Shown here: one piece after another, positions 17,509 to 28,040 of the stretch | Layout of the letters: every line of letters starts with the position of its first letter | Position numbering within the stretch: the stretch's first letter is position 1 | Source of the DNA: a bacterium | GTDB taxonomy: Bacteria; Electryoneota; Electryoneia; Electryoneales; Electryoneaceae | Length of the DNA stretch: 64,000 nt | Assembly: GCA_963669175.1 (NCBI GenBank) | Contig: OY769902.1 | Span: 3,680,001 to 3,744,000 of the forward strand | Direction: 5' to 3' | The notes under the pieces: generated by a model | What the model was told of the DNA's origin: nothing | The model's input: the letters and a program-made list of their open reading frames with translations, nothing else | Databases searched by the model: none | Position numbers and translations under genes: made by a program

Positions 17509-20436
17509 ATGCGTTTTTACTTACTGGCAGTAGTATTCCTCCTGATGCTACTGACTATCCAGATTGTAAAATCACAACCATTTGAAAATGGTTTCGAATT
17601 CCCAATTGCGTTTTTCGATACCACCTCTTCTCCCTTCCTGCCGGCAAACCGTCCCAGTCCCATTGGACCAGAGTCAATTGTCACCATTTCAGAAGAAGGA
17701 CACTTCCTGGTTGGTGGCGAAAGAATTCGTTTTTTTGGCATGAACCTGGATAGCGACGCCAACTATCCACCCTATGAGCTGGCTGATTCCATAGCTGCAC
17801 GTCTGGCCTATCTTGGTGTAAACATTGTCCGCATCCACAAACTGGATCAGGCCTGGGATGGGCTGTCAATCTTCCTTGACGACAGCAACACGCGAACATT
17901 TGACATGGAAAAAGTGGATCGTGTTGACTATTTCATTTCACGTTTGAAGGCGCATGGTGTATACGTTGACATGAACCTGCTTGTTTACCGCAAGTTCAGA
18001 CCGGGTGATGGTGTAGCGAATGCCAACAGCATACCGGCAGGAGCGTCCGGTGTAGCTTTCTTTGATCAACAACTCATAGATCTTCAAAAGGAATACGCAG
18101 AATTTCTCCTTGGACATGTGAACCCGTATACGGGAATACCTTTAGCTGAAGATCCTGTACTGGCGATTATTGAAGTTGTCAATGAGAACTCGTTATATGA
18201 ATGCTGGTATAACAACCGTTTCAAACCATCGTGGGATGGTGGGGTGATGCTTCAGCGTCACCTGGATCAGCTTGACAGCATGTGGACAGCCTTCCTGCGT
18301 GAGAAGTATCAAACTCATACCAACCTGGAACTTGCCTGGCAGGGCGCATTCTGTCCGGAAACACCAATGCCTGATGGCGGTTTCGAAGAACAGTCCGCAG
18401 CTTCACCGTGGCAATTGCAGGTTATATCACCAGCAGAAGCTGAATTTGTGATCATTGAAGATGAAAACGCCCCCGAAGGAAATCACATTGGATCAGTAAC
18501 CATTACAGAATCTGCATCGAACAACTGGGCCATCAAGTTAGGACAAAATGGTTTTCCTGTATCCCCGGATTCCATCTACATTTTCAAATTCATGTCCAGG
18601 GCTGATCGAGTTACATCCTATACAGTAGCTGCGCAGGAAGCCGTATCACCTTACCGTCCCATCCAGTCAAAACTCATCAGCCAGAATACAGACTGGCGAG
18701 AAACGATTTTCACCTTTAAACCGACCGTCGAGATGCGTGATGTATTCCTCTCGGTTGCCCTGGGACGATCACGCGATACTTTCTATTTTGACGATTTTCG
18801 TTTCTTTTCCACAACAGGTGGAGGGTTGCAGGAAGGAGAAAACCTGGATTCCGGGACGGTAGCGATCATTCCCTACCAGTCAAGCGCTCTTTATACGGAT
18901 CAGCGAGTTGAGGATACCAGCGAATTTATAGCACAGGTTATGCTCACCTATTCTGACGATATGATTGAGTTCCTCCGTGAAGACTTGGGCGTCAATGCTG
19001 CAATTGATGTCATGAACTGGCGTTATGGTCCGGTAGATTTGCTTATACAGGAAAACTGTGATCTTGTCGACCAGCACTTTTACTGGGATTTGCCGCCTTC
19101 TCAAAATGTCTCCGATGACTGGTACATCCATAATCAATCCATGATCGCTGAACCCTATAACCCGGTTACAGCGGCCATTCCATATTCACTTGTTGAAGGG
19201 AAACCATATATCATCAGCGAGTTTAACCACATTTTCCCAAACCGTTATCAGTGTGAAGGATTGCCCATTATGACAGCTTATTTAAGCTATCATAACGTGG
19301 ATGGCATGTTCATTTTCCAGTATAATCACTCCGACAACTGGTCCAGCGACAGGATCGAAGGGTTCCATGAAGTAGATGCCAATCCTGTATTGCTGGTACA
19401 GTCAATGATTTCGTCGTATGCCTATAGAAATAACCTGATTTCCACTTCCGCATCACCACTGTCCTGCCAGATGAGCCGAGAAGATATTTATACCTGGCCC
19501 AAGTATTTCCCTGCCAACTGGGGGCTTCTGCCATATGATCGCCTGTTGATCTTTATGAGAAGCCTGAAACTTGAATCACTGGACGCAGACTCATCGACAG
19601 ACTTGACATACATCCCCATCCCATCAAATGAGTTTCAGACGGATACGGGTGAGACAACCTGGGACTTTGACGGTATGGTGTCTACTGTTGCGCCAGGCTA
19701 CATCACCATCACCGGGTTCCTGGATCACTATGAAGGCTGTGAGTATGGTCCTGTGATCCTGGAACAGGGGCCGGAACATGCGAGCCTGACCTGGATGTCA
19801 CTTACAGAAGATCAACTTGTAGAATCGCAAAAGTCGCTCCTGACATTTGTAACCCAGGCTCAGAATGAAGGCATGTCACTTGAGCCGTTGAATCCGACTC
19901 AATGGTGGTGTGATCGCAGTAACGGTGGCTGGGGCAATGCGCCCACCCAGGTTAGACCTGAGCAAATTTCCTTTGCTGTCACATCCTCAGCAGATTCATT
20001 GCGCCTGATTCCTCTCGATTCACATGGCCAACCACGCTACGATGACCAACGCTACTACTACCGGGATGCCAACAGCCGATTTTATATTGACCTGGACCAA
20101 TATGTTGACCAAACCCTCTGGTATGGAGTCGAACTATTCTTCTCGTCTCCCTCGGATTCAGACGGGGTTCTCCCGACAGCATTCCAGCTTGATGGATGCT
20201 ATCCGAACCCATTCAACAACTCGACCCGGGTTATATTTAAGCTGTCATCTGCGCAAACATTGAGGCTTACAGTATTTGATATCCTTGGACGAGAAGTTTC
20301 ACATCAATACATGTACGGAAAACCAGGAACAAATAAGGTGACGATTGCCCTTGAAAATCACTCCAGCGGAATCTATTTCTGCAGGTTTGAGGGGCAGAAT
20401 GTGTCGGAAACTCTGAAAATGACACTTTTACAGTGA
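17509..20436 (+). CDS. Secreted clan GH-A (GH5-like) glycoside hydrolase with inserted CBM4/9-like module and T9SS-type C-terminal domain
   Basis: 'RIRFFGMN', 'GVNIVRIH', 'HVNPYTG...DP.LA..EVVNENS' (NE acid/base), 'DGGFE' CBM start, 'KPYIISEFN' nucleophile, 'YPNPFN'. Confidence 0.75.
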   Translation: MRFYLLAVVFLLMLLTIQIVKSQPFENGFEFPIAFFDTTSSPFLPANRPSPIGPESIVTISEEGHFLVGGERIRFFGMNLDSDANYPPYELADSIAARLAYLGVNIVRIHKLDQAWDGLSIFLDDSNTRTFDMEKVDRVDYFISRLKAHGVYVDMNLLVYRKFRPGDGVANANSIPAGASGVAFFDQQLIDLQKEYAEFLLGHVNPYTGIPLAEDPVLAIIEVVNENSLYECWYNNRFKPSWDGGVMLQRHLDQLDSMWTAFLREKYQTHTNLELAWQGAFCPETPMPDGGFEEQSAASPWQLQVISPAEAEFVIIEDENAPEGNHIGSVTITESASNNWAIKLGQNGFPVSPDSIYIFKFMSRADRVTSYTVAAQEAVSPYRPIQSKLISQNTDWRETIFTFKPTVEMRDVFLSVALGRSRDTFYFDDFRFFSTTGGGLQEGENLDSGTVAIIPYQSSALYTDQRVEDTSEFIAQVMLTYSDDMIEFLREDLGVNAAIDVMNWRYGPVDLLIQENCDLVDQHFYWDLPPSQNVSDDWYIHNQSMIAEPYNPVTAAIPYSLVEGKPYIISEFNHIFPNRYQCEGLPIMTAYLSYHNVDGMFIFQYNHSDNWSSDRIEGFHEVDANPVLLVQSMISSYAYRNNLISTSASPLSCQMSREDIYTWPKYFPANWGLLPYDRLLIFMRSLKLESLDADSSTDLTYIPIPSNEFQTDTGETTWDFDGMVSTVAPGYITITGFLDHYEGCEYGPVILEQGPEHASLTWMSLTEDQLVESQKSLLTFVTQAQNEGMSLEPLNPTQWWCDRSNGGWGNAPTQVRPEQISFAVTSSADSLRLIPLDSHGQPRYDDQRYYYRDANSRFYIDLDQYVDQTLWYGVELFFSSPSDSDGVLPTAFQLDGCYPNPFNNSTRVIFKLSSAQTLRLTVFDILGREVSHQYMYGKPGTNKVTIALENHSSGIYFCRFEGQNVSETLKMTLLQ

Positions 20437-21126
20437 TTCAGCTTTTGCTTTTGCAGACCATTTGTAGCCGACTTTGTACACGGTTTCAATTGATGCTTCC
20501 GTTATTCCCTGCTGGTCCAGACGTTTACGCAGATGAGAAACGTGCGTATCCACAGTCCGGTCGGTAATGTCCTCCCGCAGTCCCCAGACTTCATTTATAA
20601 GGTATTCTCGCGACAATACCTTATCCGGCTGACTGACCAACAGGTACAAAAGATCAAATTCCTTTGGAGCCAGTTGAACCGCTTCACCACGCATCTCGCA
20701 CTGCCTCGCCTCGGGATCAACCATAACCCCGGCAGAATTTGCAACCATCATGGATTCGATATAGCCACTACGCTTCAACACCGCGCGAATACGTGCGATC
20801 AATTCCGGCAAAGAGAAAGGTTTGGTGACATAGTCGTCACACCCGGCCTGAAAACCGTCCAGGCGTTCCCATTCATTGCCTTTTGCCGTCAGGATGATAA
20901 CCGGAGTGTGAATCCTGATCTTCCGCATTTCTTTCAGTATATCCAGACCGTCCATTTTGGGAAGCATCAGGTCCAGTACGATCAGATCCGCCTGGCCTGC
21001 CCGAACTTCATCCCATCCCCTGCGCCCATCGGAAGCAAGGGTGGTGCGAAATCCGGACAGGTCAAGCGTACGCTGTAACCGTGGTCCCAAATGCGGATCA
21101 TCTTCAATGATCAGAATATGCGCCAC
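20428..21126 (-). CDS. OmpR/PhoB-family response regulator
   Basis: 'ILIIEDD', 'LDLMLPKMDG', 'ILTAK', 'DDYVTKPF', winged helix 'RTVDTHVSHLRK'. Confidence 0.95.
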   Translation of the reverse strand: MAHILIIEDDPHLGPRLQRTLDLSGFRTTLASDGRRGWDEVRAGQADLIVLDLMLPKMDGLDILKEMRKIRIHTPVIILTAKGNEWERLDGFQAGCDDYVTKPFSLPELIARIRAVLKRSGYIESMMVANSAGVMVDPEARQCEMRGEAVQLAPKEFDLLYLLVSQPDKVLSREYLINEVWGLREDITDRTVDTHVSHLRKRLDQQGITEASIETVYKVGYKWSAKAKAESL

Positions 21127-21157
21127 GCTTTTACTCCTTCTCTTCCCGGTTCAGATA

Positions 21158-21355
21158 CCGTCAGGTCACACGCACGAAACAACATGTGCGCAAGACCTGA
21201 CGGAACCTGGAAACTTGTGTTACTTCAAAAGATCGCGTAAGGCTTTACACTTCTTCAATACTCACTTTGTCAGGATCTGACAATAAATGAAGTGCAAGCA
21301 AAACCTAGCCTGTTGTGTCAGGTCTTGCGTCGCGAAGCGGCGTGTGACCTGACAC
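21158..21355. repeat. Cluster of REP-like GTCAGG...CCTGAC palindromes
   Basis: 21158-21203 (GTCAGGTCACACGC..GCGCAAGACCTGAC) has an inverted relative at 21315-21355. TGTCAGGATCTGACA lies near 21268-21282. Confidence 0.7.
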
Positions 21356-21366
21356 TATTCTGCAAC

Positions 21367-23094
21367 TCATGCACAAGGAAACAGCATTTCAAACCGTGCG
21401 CCACCAATGGAATTGTCATTCACAGTGACACTTCCCTTATGAATCGTGGCAATCTCTTTTACCAGCCACAATCCCAATCCCAGCCCGGTTGCTCCGGTAC
21501 CGGCGTCACCTTTGGTATGACCAAACGGTTTAAAGATAAACTTCCGGTCTTCCTGGGACAAACCACCGCCGGAATCATCGACACGAATCCGAATCTGTCC
21601 GTCCGTACGATCAAGGTTCACCCGTACCATACCACCGGCTTGAACGGCTTGACTGCGTTGCTTGCGGACATGGCGCAAGCTGTTATCCAGCAGGTTATCC
21701 AGCGCCAGGGCGATCAATTCACGGTCGGCATTACAAATGTATTCCTTCTCTGCAATTTCCACCTCAAAGCCAACCTTGTGGTAACTGAAATGCTTCTCCC
21801 AGCTCTTTGTCACGTTACTGACAATCGCACCAAGGTCTTCCCTTTGCGCATGCAGGTGCAGCTTGCCCTGTTCCAGGCTGCGCGCCGTACTCTCAACAGC
21901 ACGCTCCATGCGCTGGCATTCTTCATCCATCTCAGCCAGTACTGATTTTTCTTCATCCGGCGACGCGACCAGTCCTTCTTTCAAGGTATCCAGATCCAGC
22001 CGTATTCGGGTCACCGGCGTCCGCACCGCATGGGCAAGATGCGACATGGCGATGCGGTTACGCCGGGCCTGGAGGTTCACTTGCCGAATGGCGATAATGA
22101 TCAGTGTTGCCAGGAGAAGCGCCAATACTTCTATTGAGATCATGACCACAGTCATCTTCTTGAATTGACCGGTCCTGAATTCTGTGTAGCTCAGGAACTC
22201 TGCCTTGACATAGACAACGAACCCGAATTCCTCCATGCCCATGTAATACAGTACTGGAAAATCGTTTGCCAGGGCTTCCTTTGAGAAGAGATCATAGCTG
22301 GGATCGCCATGCCACCACAACGTATCCTGACCGTTCCAGATGCCGATGGTTTGCTTCCATGTACAGTTAGCGCTGCTCCAGGGATCACGATCCTCGGTCC
22401 ACCAATCCGGCGCTTCGTCCACATTCCACTGCTCCCTTGGTCTGGGAATAGCCGCAAAATTCAAGGGAATATTGTCGTTTAACGCGCTGTCCAGATAGGC
22501 TGGCATCATTTCAAAGAACCAGTTCCGGTCTACTACCAGCCCGAACACCTGGTCAGCATTGGCTGGCGAATAGGTGTTATGATAGCGCACCAGGAGAAGA
22601 ACAGTATCTTTAAGGGTAGGTGAAAATGCCAGCTCGTAACGCACTTGACGACCGTAGGTGCGTGTGCCTAATCGGAGCCAACCTTTAGCCGGATCTTCAT
22701 CGCGTCGGTCCAGTTGTTGAAATAATGAATCGATTGGCACGGTCTGGTTTTGAGTCCAGCCGGAGTGGGTCGGAAAATCGAGCCGAAAGGCATCCAGAAC
22801 GCCACCCATTTCTCCCATTCCGGATAAGTGATCTTCCAGTTGCGCATCCGGCAGGTTAAGACTGTCTGTCTCAAGCAAAGCAATCACATGATTGGCCCAG
22901 AATTCATCCAGCTCCTGCTTGATTGTCGTAACCAACCGCAGGTTAGCGCCCATATTTGTTTCCTGCATGTTGCCGTAGGTATGTCGTTCCTGGAGAAAGA
23001 ACAACCAGATAAATACGTGCAGTACAAAAACAGCTACCCCAACCACACTCAGGGCAATGACTGTTCCCCGCTTCATCGTCTTGATCGCTGCCAT
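21367..23094 (-). CDS. Membrane sensor histidine kinase
   Basis: Two TM segments flank a large periplasmic domain. H box 'HAVRTPV', 'NLLDNS', 'DSGGG', 'GLGLGL'. GAGGAG RBS before ATG 23094. Confidence 0.9.
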   Translation of the reverse strand: MAAIKTMKRGTVIALSVVGVAVFVLHVFIWLFFLQERHTYGNMQETNMGANLRLVTTIKQELDEFWANHVIALLETDSLNLPDAQLEDHLSGMGEMGGVLDAFRLDFPTHSGWTQNQTVPIDSLFQQLDRRDEDPAKGWLRLGTRTYGRQVRYELAFSPTLKDTVLLLVRYHNTYSPANADQVFGLVVDRNWFFEMMPAYLDSALNDNIPLNFAAIPRPREQWNVDEAPDWWTEDRDPWSSANCTWKQTIGIWNGQDTLWWHGDPSYDLFSKEALANDFPVLYYMGMEEFGFVVYVKAEFLSYTEFRTGQFKKMTVVMISIEVLALLLATLIIIAIRQVNLQARRNRIAMSHLAHAVRTPVTRIRLDLDTLKEGLVASPDEEKSVLAEMDEECQRMERAVESTARSLEQGKLHLHAQREDLGAIVSNVTKSWEKHFSYHKVGFEVEIAEKEYICNADRELIALALDNLLDNSLRHVRKQRSQAVQAGGMVRVNLDRTDGQIRIRVDDSGGGLSQEDRKFIFKPFGHTKGDAGTGATGLGLGLWLVKEIATIHKGSVTVNDNSIGGARFEMLFPCA

Positions 23095-23215
23095 GTTTTC
23101 ACTCCTCGCTGTTGTTAACTGCACGCAAGATAGAATACGGATTCAGACGAGTTGTTATGAAGTTATGAAGAGACAAAATGGCAGCATTCAGTTTCACGAC
23201 ATCGACAAAACATGC

Positions 23216-23454
23216 GCGAAAAACGGGACTGCTACCTTTTCATTTACAACAAATTAGGAACCTATCAACCAAGAGTTTCCGAAAAGGTAGCTGTACCAGA
23301 TTTTTCGCTGGCTGTTACTTCATGCGGATTGAAATATGCCGGGACAGCTACCTTTTTCGCTTGATTGTCTCGTATGGGTTAATCTTATTCGAAGACTGCA
23401 AAATGACATCACAGTCGCCTTCATAGGCACATGCGAAAAAGTGTAGCAGTCCCC
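23216..23454. repeat. Twin-hairpin dispersed repeat, copy 1
   Basis: Arms GGGACTGCTACCTTTTC / GAAAAGGTAGCTGTACC and GGGACAGCTACCTTTTTCGC / GCGAAAAAGTGTAGCAGTCCCC. Confidence 0.85.
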
Positions 23455-23482
23455 ATATTCCGATATTCTTGAGAATACCAGC

Positions 23483-23511
23483 AAAAAACCCGAGGCATAC
23501 ACCTCGGGTTT
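23483..23511 (-). terminator. Intrinsic terminator of groEL
   Basis: Minus strand AAACCCGAGG-TGTATG-CCTCGGGTTTTTT. Confidence 0.85.
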
Positions 23512-23539
23512 GGATATTTCTATGAAAGACTGAATCAGC

Positions 23540-25174
23540 CTAGTACATGCCTCCGCCCATGCCGCCACCCGGCATCGGGGGCATAGCAGGCGCGTCTTCC
23601 TTGGCGTCGTTGATCGTCGCTTCGGTCATCAGCAGAACGGATGCGACAGACGCGGCATTTTCCAGTGCGGTACGGGTAACCTTGGTCGGGTCAATGACAC
23701 CGGCGCTCAGCAGGTTGTCGTACTTGCCGGTCAGGGCGTTGTAACCGAAATCATCCTTGCCGTGCTTGACTTCGTTGACCACGACAGCGCCTTCAACACC
23801 GGCGTTGGTGGCAATCATGCGAAGCGGCTCTTCCAGGGCGCGCAGGATGATATGACGACCGATTTCCTCGTCGCCTTCGAAACTGACTTTTTCCAGGGCC
23901 GGAAGGGTGCGAACCAGGGCGACACCGCCACCAGGCACGATACCTTCTTCGACTGCGGCGCGTGTAGCATGCAGGGCATCTTCCACACGGGCTTTCTTTT
24001 CCTTCATCTCGACTTCAGTCGCGGCGCCGATATGCAGCACGGCAACACCGCCGGCCAACTTGGCCAGACGTTCCTGCAACTTTTCACGGTCGTAGTCGGA
24101 TGTGGTGGTTTCGATCTGCTTCTTGATCTGCTCGATACGGGCCTTGATATCGGTAGCTTCGCCAGCGCCTTCGACGATCGTGGTGTCGTCCTTGGTCATA
24201 ACGATGCGCTTGGCTGTGCCCAGATCATCCAACTGGGTGTTTTCCAGCTTGAAGCCGGCATCTTCGCTGATGACACGGCCACCGGTGAGGATGGCGATGT
24301 CTTCGAGCATGGCTTTACGACGGTCGCCGAAGCCCGGAGCCTTCACGGCCGCGATCTTCAGGGTGCCACGCAGCTTGTTGACCACGAGGGTCGCCAGCGC
24401 TTCGCCTTCAACTTCTTCCGAGATGATCAACAGGCCCTTGCCCATCTGGGCAACACGCTCGAGAATCGGCAGGAGGTCTTTCATGACGCTGATCTTCTTG
24501 TCGTAGATCAGGATCATCGGATCTTCGAGAACTGCTTCCATGTTGTCGGCATCAGTCACAAAGTAGGGAGACAGGTAGCCACGGTCGAACTGCATACCCT
24601 CGACCACTTCCATATAGGTATCAATACCCTTGGCTTCGTCAACGGTGATAACGCCGTCATTGCCGACCTTCTCCATGGCGTCCGCGATCAGCTTGCCGAT
24701 TTCATCGTCGTTATTGGCGGAAATAGCGCCAACCTGGGCGATGGTGTCACGGCTGCCGCCGACTTCCTTGGACAGGTTCTTCAGTTCGCTCACGACCACA
24801 CCGACGGCCTTGTCGATACCACGCTTGAGCAGCATCGGGTTGGCGCCGGCCACGACGTTACGGAAACCTTCAGCGACAATCGCCTGGGCCAGAACGGTTG
24901 CTGTGGTGGTGCCGTCACCAGCGATATCCGAGGTTTTGCTGGCAACTTCACGGACCATCTGGGCGCCCATGTTCTCAATGGGATCTTCCAGTTCAACTTC
25001 CTTGGCTACGGTGACGCCGTCCTTGGTTACGGTCGGGGCGCCGAACTTCTTGTCAATGACCACATTGCGGCCACGGGGACCAAGAGTAACCTTCACAGCC
25101 TTCGCCAGCTTGTCTACACCGCGCTTCAGGCCATTGCGGGCTTCCTGATCAAATACGATCTCTTTATGTGCCAT
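23540..25174 (-). CDS. groEL: Chaperonin GroEL
   Basis: '[10 protein letters not shown]', '[10 protein letters not shown]', '[12 protein letters not shown]', GGM tail. Confidence 0.99.
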   Translation of the reverse strand: MAHKEIVFDQEARNGLKRGVDKLAKAVKVTLGPRGRNVVIDKKFGAPTVTKDGVTVAKEVELEDPIENMGAQMVREVASKTSDIAGDGTTTATVLAQAIVAEGFRNVVAGANPMLLKRGIDKAVGVVVSELKNLSKEVGGSRDTIAQVGAISANNDDEIGKLIADAMEKVGNDGVITVDEAKGIDTYMEVVEGMQFDRGYLSPYFVTDADNMEAVLEDPMILIYDKKISVMKDLLPILERVAQMGKGLLIISEEVEGEALATLVVNKLRGTLKIAAVKAPGFGDRRKAMLEDIAILTGGRVISEDAGFKLENTQLDDLGTAKRIVMTKDDTTIVEGAGEATDIKARIEQIKKQIETTTSDYDREKLQERLAKLAGGVAVLHIGAATEVEMKEKKARVEDALHATRAAVEEGIVPGGGVALVRTLPALEKVSFEGDEEIGRHIILRALEEPLRMIATNAGVEGAVVVNEVKHGKDDFGYNALTGKYDNLLSAGVIDPTKVTRTALENAASVASVLLMTEATINDAKEDAPAMPPMPGGGMGGGMY

Positions 25175-25211
25175 CTTTTTAACTCCTCTTAAAAGCTGCT
25201 TGTGTTACAGG

Positions 25212-25511
25212 TTACTTCTCTAAGACACCAAGAATATCGCTGCGATTGACCAGCAGGAACTCCTCGTCGTCAACCTTGACTTCAGTGCCGCCGTACTTGG
25301 AGAACAGGACACTGTCACCAACCTTGATCAGTTCTGACAAGGGCTTGCGATCCAGATCCTTGTTTACAACATCATCACCCAAAGCGACTACTTTGCCGAC
25401 CTGGGGACGTTCTTTTGCTGCGGTATCCGGAATAATAATTCCGCCAACCTTGCGCTCTTCTTCTTCCACGACCTTCAAGAGTACGCGTTCATCAATCGGA
25501 CGTACCTTCAT
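25212..25511 (-). CDS. groES: Co-chaperonin GroES
   Basis: 'RPIDERVL', 'GGIIIPDTA', 'KVGDSVLFSKYGGTEV'. Upstream of groEL. Confidence 0.97.
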   Translation of the reverse strand: MKVRPIDERVLLKVVEEEERKVGGIIIPDTAAKERPQVGKVVALGDDVVNKDLDRKPLSELIKVGDSVLFSKYGGTEVKVDDEEFLLVNRSDILGVLEK

Positions 25512-25569
25512 CGTAGATCCTCCTGGTTTTTAAAAGTTACCCATAGCTGGGTGGTTTCGCTTTGCCGCC

Positions 25570-25596
25570 CTGGCACTCTCCCGTTGGATGTGCTAA
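25570..25596 (-). promoter_or_regulatory. Degenerate CIRCE element (HrcA operator), proximal
   Basis: Minus strand TTAGCACAT-N9-GAGTGCCAG versus consensus TTAGCACTC-N9-GAGTGCTAA. Confidence 0.75.
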
Positions 25597-25655
25597 ATCA
25601 AGCTGTATGACAAAGCCTACCATGTTATGAATATCAATAGCTTACAAAAAGAAAA

Positions 25656-25682
25656 CTAGCACTCATCAGAGTTGAGTGCCAA
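25656..25682 (-). promoter_or_regulatory. CIRCE element (HrcA operator), distal
   Basis: Minus strand TTGGCACTC-N9-GAGTGCTAG, upstream of groES. Confidence 0.88.
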
Positions 25683-26029
25683 TGATCAGAAACATAGGTT
25701 TCCAACCGCATTGAGTCAACGATCAATGTACCCGCCGTCTCTGCAAGGGGTGTGCCGAACTCCGGTTTGCTCTCAACCGGTTTCCGCACCTCCCATTATT
25801 GCCCCGTTATACCCTTTCTCCTCCATCCTGTTCCCTGCTCCCTCTTCACGGCGCAACTCCAACAGCGTAGCACCCTTGCAGGTCAAACCTGTATATTGAG
25901 CCTGATCGATTCAGCAGAATTGTCCAGACAGGTTTTCAAACTGAGCAGGAAAGCGTGAAGTCTTCCAGAGAGCCATTTCAGCCAGACAGATTCTCTTTCA
26001 TACTGGCACACTCTCGCAATAAAGGCAGA

Positions 26030-28021
26030 ATGCCTGTCATTGTGGCAGTAGTCTTCTCCCTTCTATGCTGTATGGCTTTGCCTTCGTTTGCCCAGACTTC
26101 ATCTGAAAATCCGAAAAAGCCGCCTATACCTGGATCAAAACCGGTTCCATCTGCGTTGCCTGCCGAATCGGACAGCACGCTGCTTCCCTATGACAGCCTG
26201 GCTACCGATTCGCTTGCCGACCAGCGACGCCGACGCCAGCGTTCTGCGCCAGCCTTTGTTCCGGACACAACTGCCCCGGCTCCGGCATTATTCCCGGCCA
26301 TGCGATTCGAACGGGATGTTTTCTGGCGTATTTCTTATAAGGATGCCGGTGAAGCGATTGGAATCGCACCGGGCTTGTTCCCGCGTCAGAGCAGTTATTA
26401 CGCGGAACCGTTCCACCTGACACCTCCCGGCGGCGACGGACGTGACCTGCTGGTTCTTTACCGTGGACGTCCTTTCAATGATCCCGTCACCGGGGCAGCA
26501 ACCATGAGCGCCTTTGCTGTGGAAGAAATGGCCTCTTATGACCTGTCGCCCACATGGTCCGGCGTTGGCCCTTCCTCCTCCGGTCCGGTGCTCAAGTTGA
26601 ATCAGCCATATCGTTACCCGGTGAAGCCGATGACACGTGTTATCTATCGCCAGGGGTTCTACGGCCTGGGGCATGCCGACTGGCGTATTCAGCAGAAAGT
26701 GTCGCCGTATTTCCGGTATTACTTCGGTCTTGATTATGGGCAGTATGAGGGACGCAAACCCAACACCGATTCACAGCCGACCTGGATACGTCTGGGTGGA
26801 CGTCAGAAGCTCTACGATTGGGGCTATCTTGACTTCGCCTGGATGCAGAACCGCATTGAATATGGTTATGCAGATCGATCCGGCATACGGCGTACACACC
26901 GGAACGATGTCGATCTCGCCTTCACCCGGAATACCCATGGCGACAGCCTGCGTTGGACTGCTGCTGGCTGGTACGTCCGTTCTGAACGGAAATACTACCG
27001 GGGTAAAGAGGACGGCAACCGTCTCGGCTTCCGGTTTAACCACCAGCGACAACTGACAAATCGTGAAGTAGAACTACAGTTGGATGTAGAGCGTACAGCC
27101 GCCCTGTTCGGCACTTTCCCGGTAATTGAGAATCCCAAGGGTGACCGTACTGTCGCAGGCCTGACCGCCTCAGACAAGTTGACATTGGACCTGTTCACGG
27201 CGGGGTTGAGCCTGCGTGCGGAAACAGGCAATCGTGCCGAAAAGGCGGATGGCAGTGGTGAACGCTGGCTGACACGTTTCGGCGGAACAGTGAACGCAGA
27301 ACTGGGTGACTCCACCGGACATGGCCTGCTGGGACTGGCGACATTGGGTTGGCGCTGGCCGTCGCTGGATGAATCTTACGGTTTCTGGAAAACCAATACC
27401 CCGGAACGCTACGTGGACCTCTTCCCCGTCCCGGATTCGATTCTCAGTTATTCCGGCAATGGCGCTCTGGATCCTGTGGGCGGTCTGTTTGCCGGCGGCG
27501 GCTATCGTTACCGTATAAATGAACGCTACCATCTTCGGGTCATGGCTGGCTATCGAAAATATATTGATCCGATCAACGTGGTAATGACCGCGCCGAAAAC
27601 GTATACTCGTGAAACCGGTGACGATGTGGATGGCCTGGAGGTGACCGGATTCGCCTGGCTGCCGGTTTGGGGGCCGTTCTCGACCACGGGAAGCTGGACC
27701 ATGAGCAGCCTGCCCGATGAAGGTGTCCCCATCCCCAACGAATGGGGATTCGCCGGACTGCGGTACGAGCAGTTCTTCTACAATGGTCAATTACGCTGGC
27801 GGGCAACTGCCGACGCGCGATACTGGGGTGATTACACCTACCTCGGCGTCACTGAAGAAGGTCGCTGGCACTTCAACGGCATGATCTCCGCAAAAGTTCT
27901 GAGCTTCGAAGTCTACTTCGGGTACAACAACTTCCTCAGCAACCTGTACGAATTCCAACCCGGCTATCCCTCCATGTTCCGTGAAGAATTCTGGGGAGTG
28001 CGCTGGACGCTGTGGAATTAG
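26030..28021 (+). CDS. Putative outer-membrane beta-barrel (TonB-dependent-receptor-like / putative porin)
   Basis: Signal peptide, Pro-rich linker, plug-like segment 'IAPGLFP...VLYRGRPFND', amphipathic strands, C-terminal 'FWGVRWTLWN'. Confidence 0.65.
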   Translation: MPVIVAVVFSLLCCMALPSFAQTSSENPKKPPIPGSKPVPSALPAESDSTLLPYDSLATDSLADQRRRRQRSAPAFVPDTTAPAPALFPAMRFERDVFWRISYKDAGEAIGIAPGLFPRQSSYYAEPFHLTPPGGDGRDLLVLYRGRPFNDPVTGAATMSAFAVEEMASYDLSPTWSGVGPSSSGPVLKLNQPYRYPVKPMTRVIYRQGFYGLGHADWRIQQKVSPYFRYYFGLDYGQYEGRKPNTDSQPTWIRLGGRQKLYDWGYLDFAWMQNRIEYGYADRSGIRRTHRNDVDLAFTRNTHGDSLRWTAAGWYVRSERKYYRGKEDGNRLGFRFNHQRQLTNREVELQLDVERTAALFGTFPVIENPKGDRTVAGLTASDKLTLDLFTAGLSLRAETGNRAEKADGSGERWLTRFGGTVNAELGDSTGHGLLGLATLGWRWPSLDESYGFWKTNTPERYVDLFPVPDSILSYSGNGALDPVGGLFAGGGYRYRINERYHLRVMAGYRKYIDPINVVMTAPKTYTRETGDDVDGLEVTGFAWLPVWGPFSTTGSWTMSSLPDEGVPIPNEWGFAGLRYEQFFYNGQLRWRATADARYWGDYTYLGVTEEGRWHFNGMISAKVLSFEVYFGYNNFLSNLYEFQPGYPSMFREEFWGVRWTLWN

Positions 28022-28040
28022 TGACTTGCTGACAGGAAAT

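Noticed and set aside
23216-23454. Possible mini-CRISPR (repeats with 32-39-nt spacers)
   Set aside because: Repeats alternate in orientation, are short, and one spacer is about 72 nt. This is a hairpin pair, not a direct-repeat array.
23762-25192. 476-aa ORF antisense to groEL
   Set aside because: Shadow ORF produced by the strong codon bias of groEL; no recognisable motifs.
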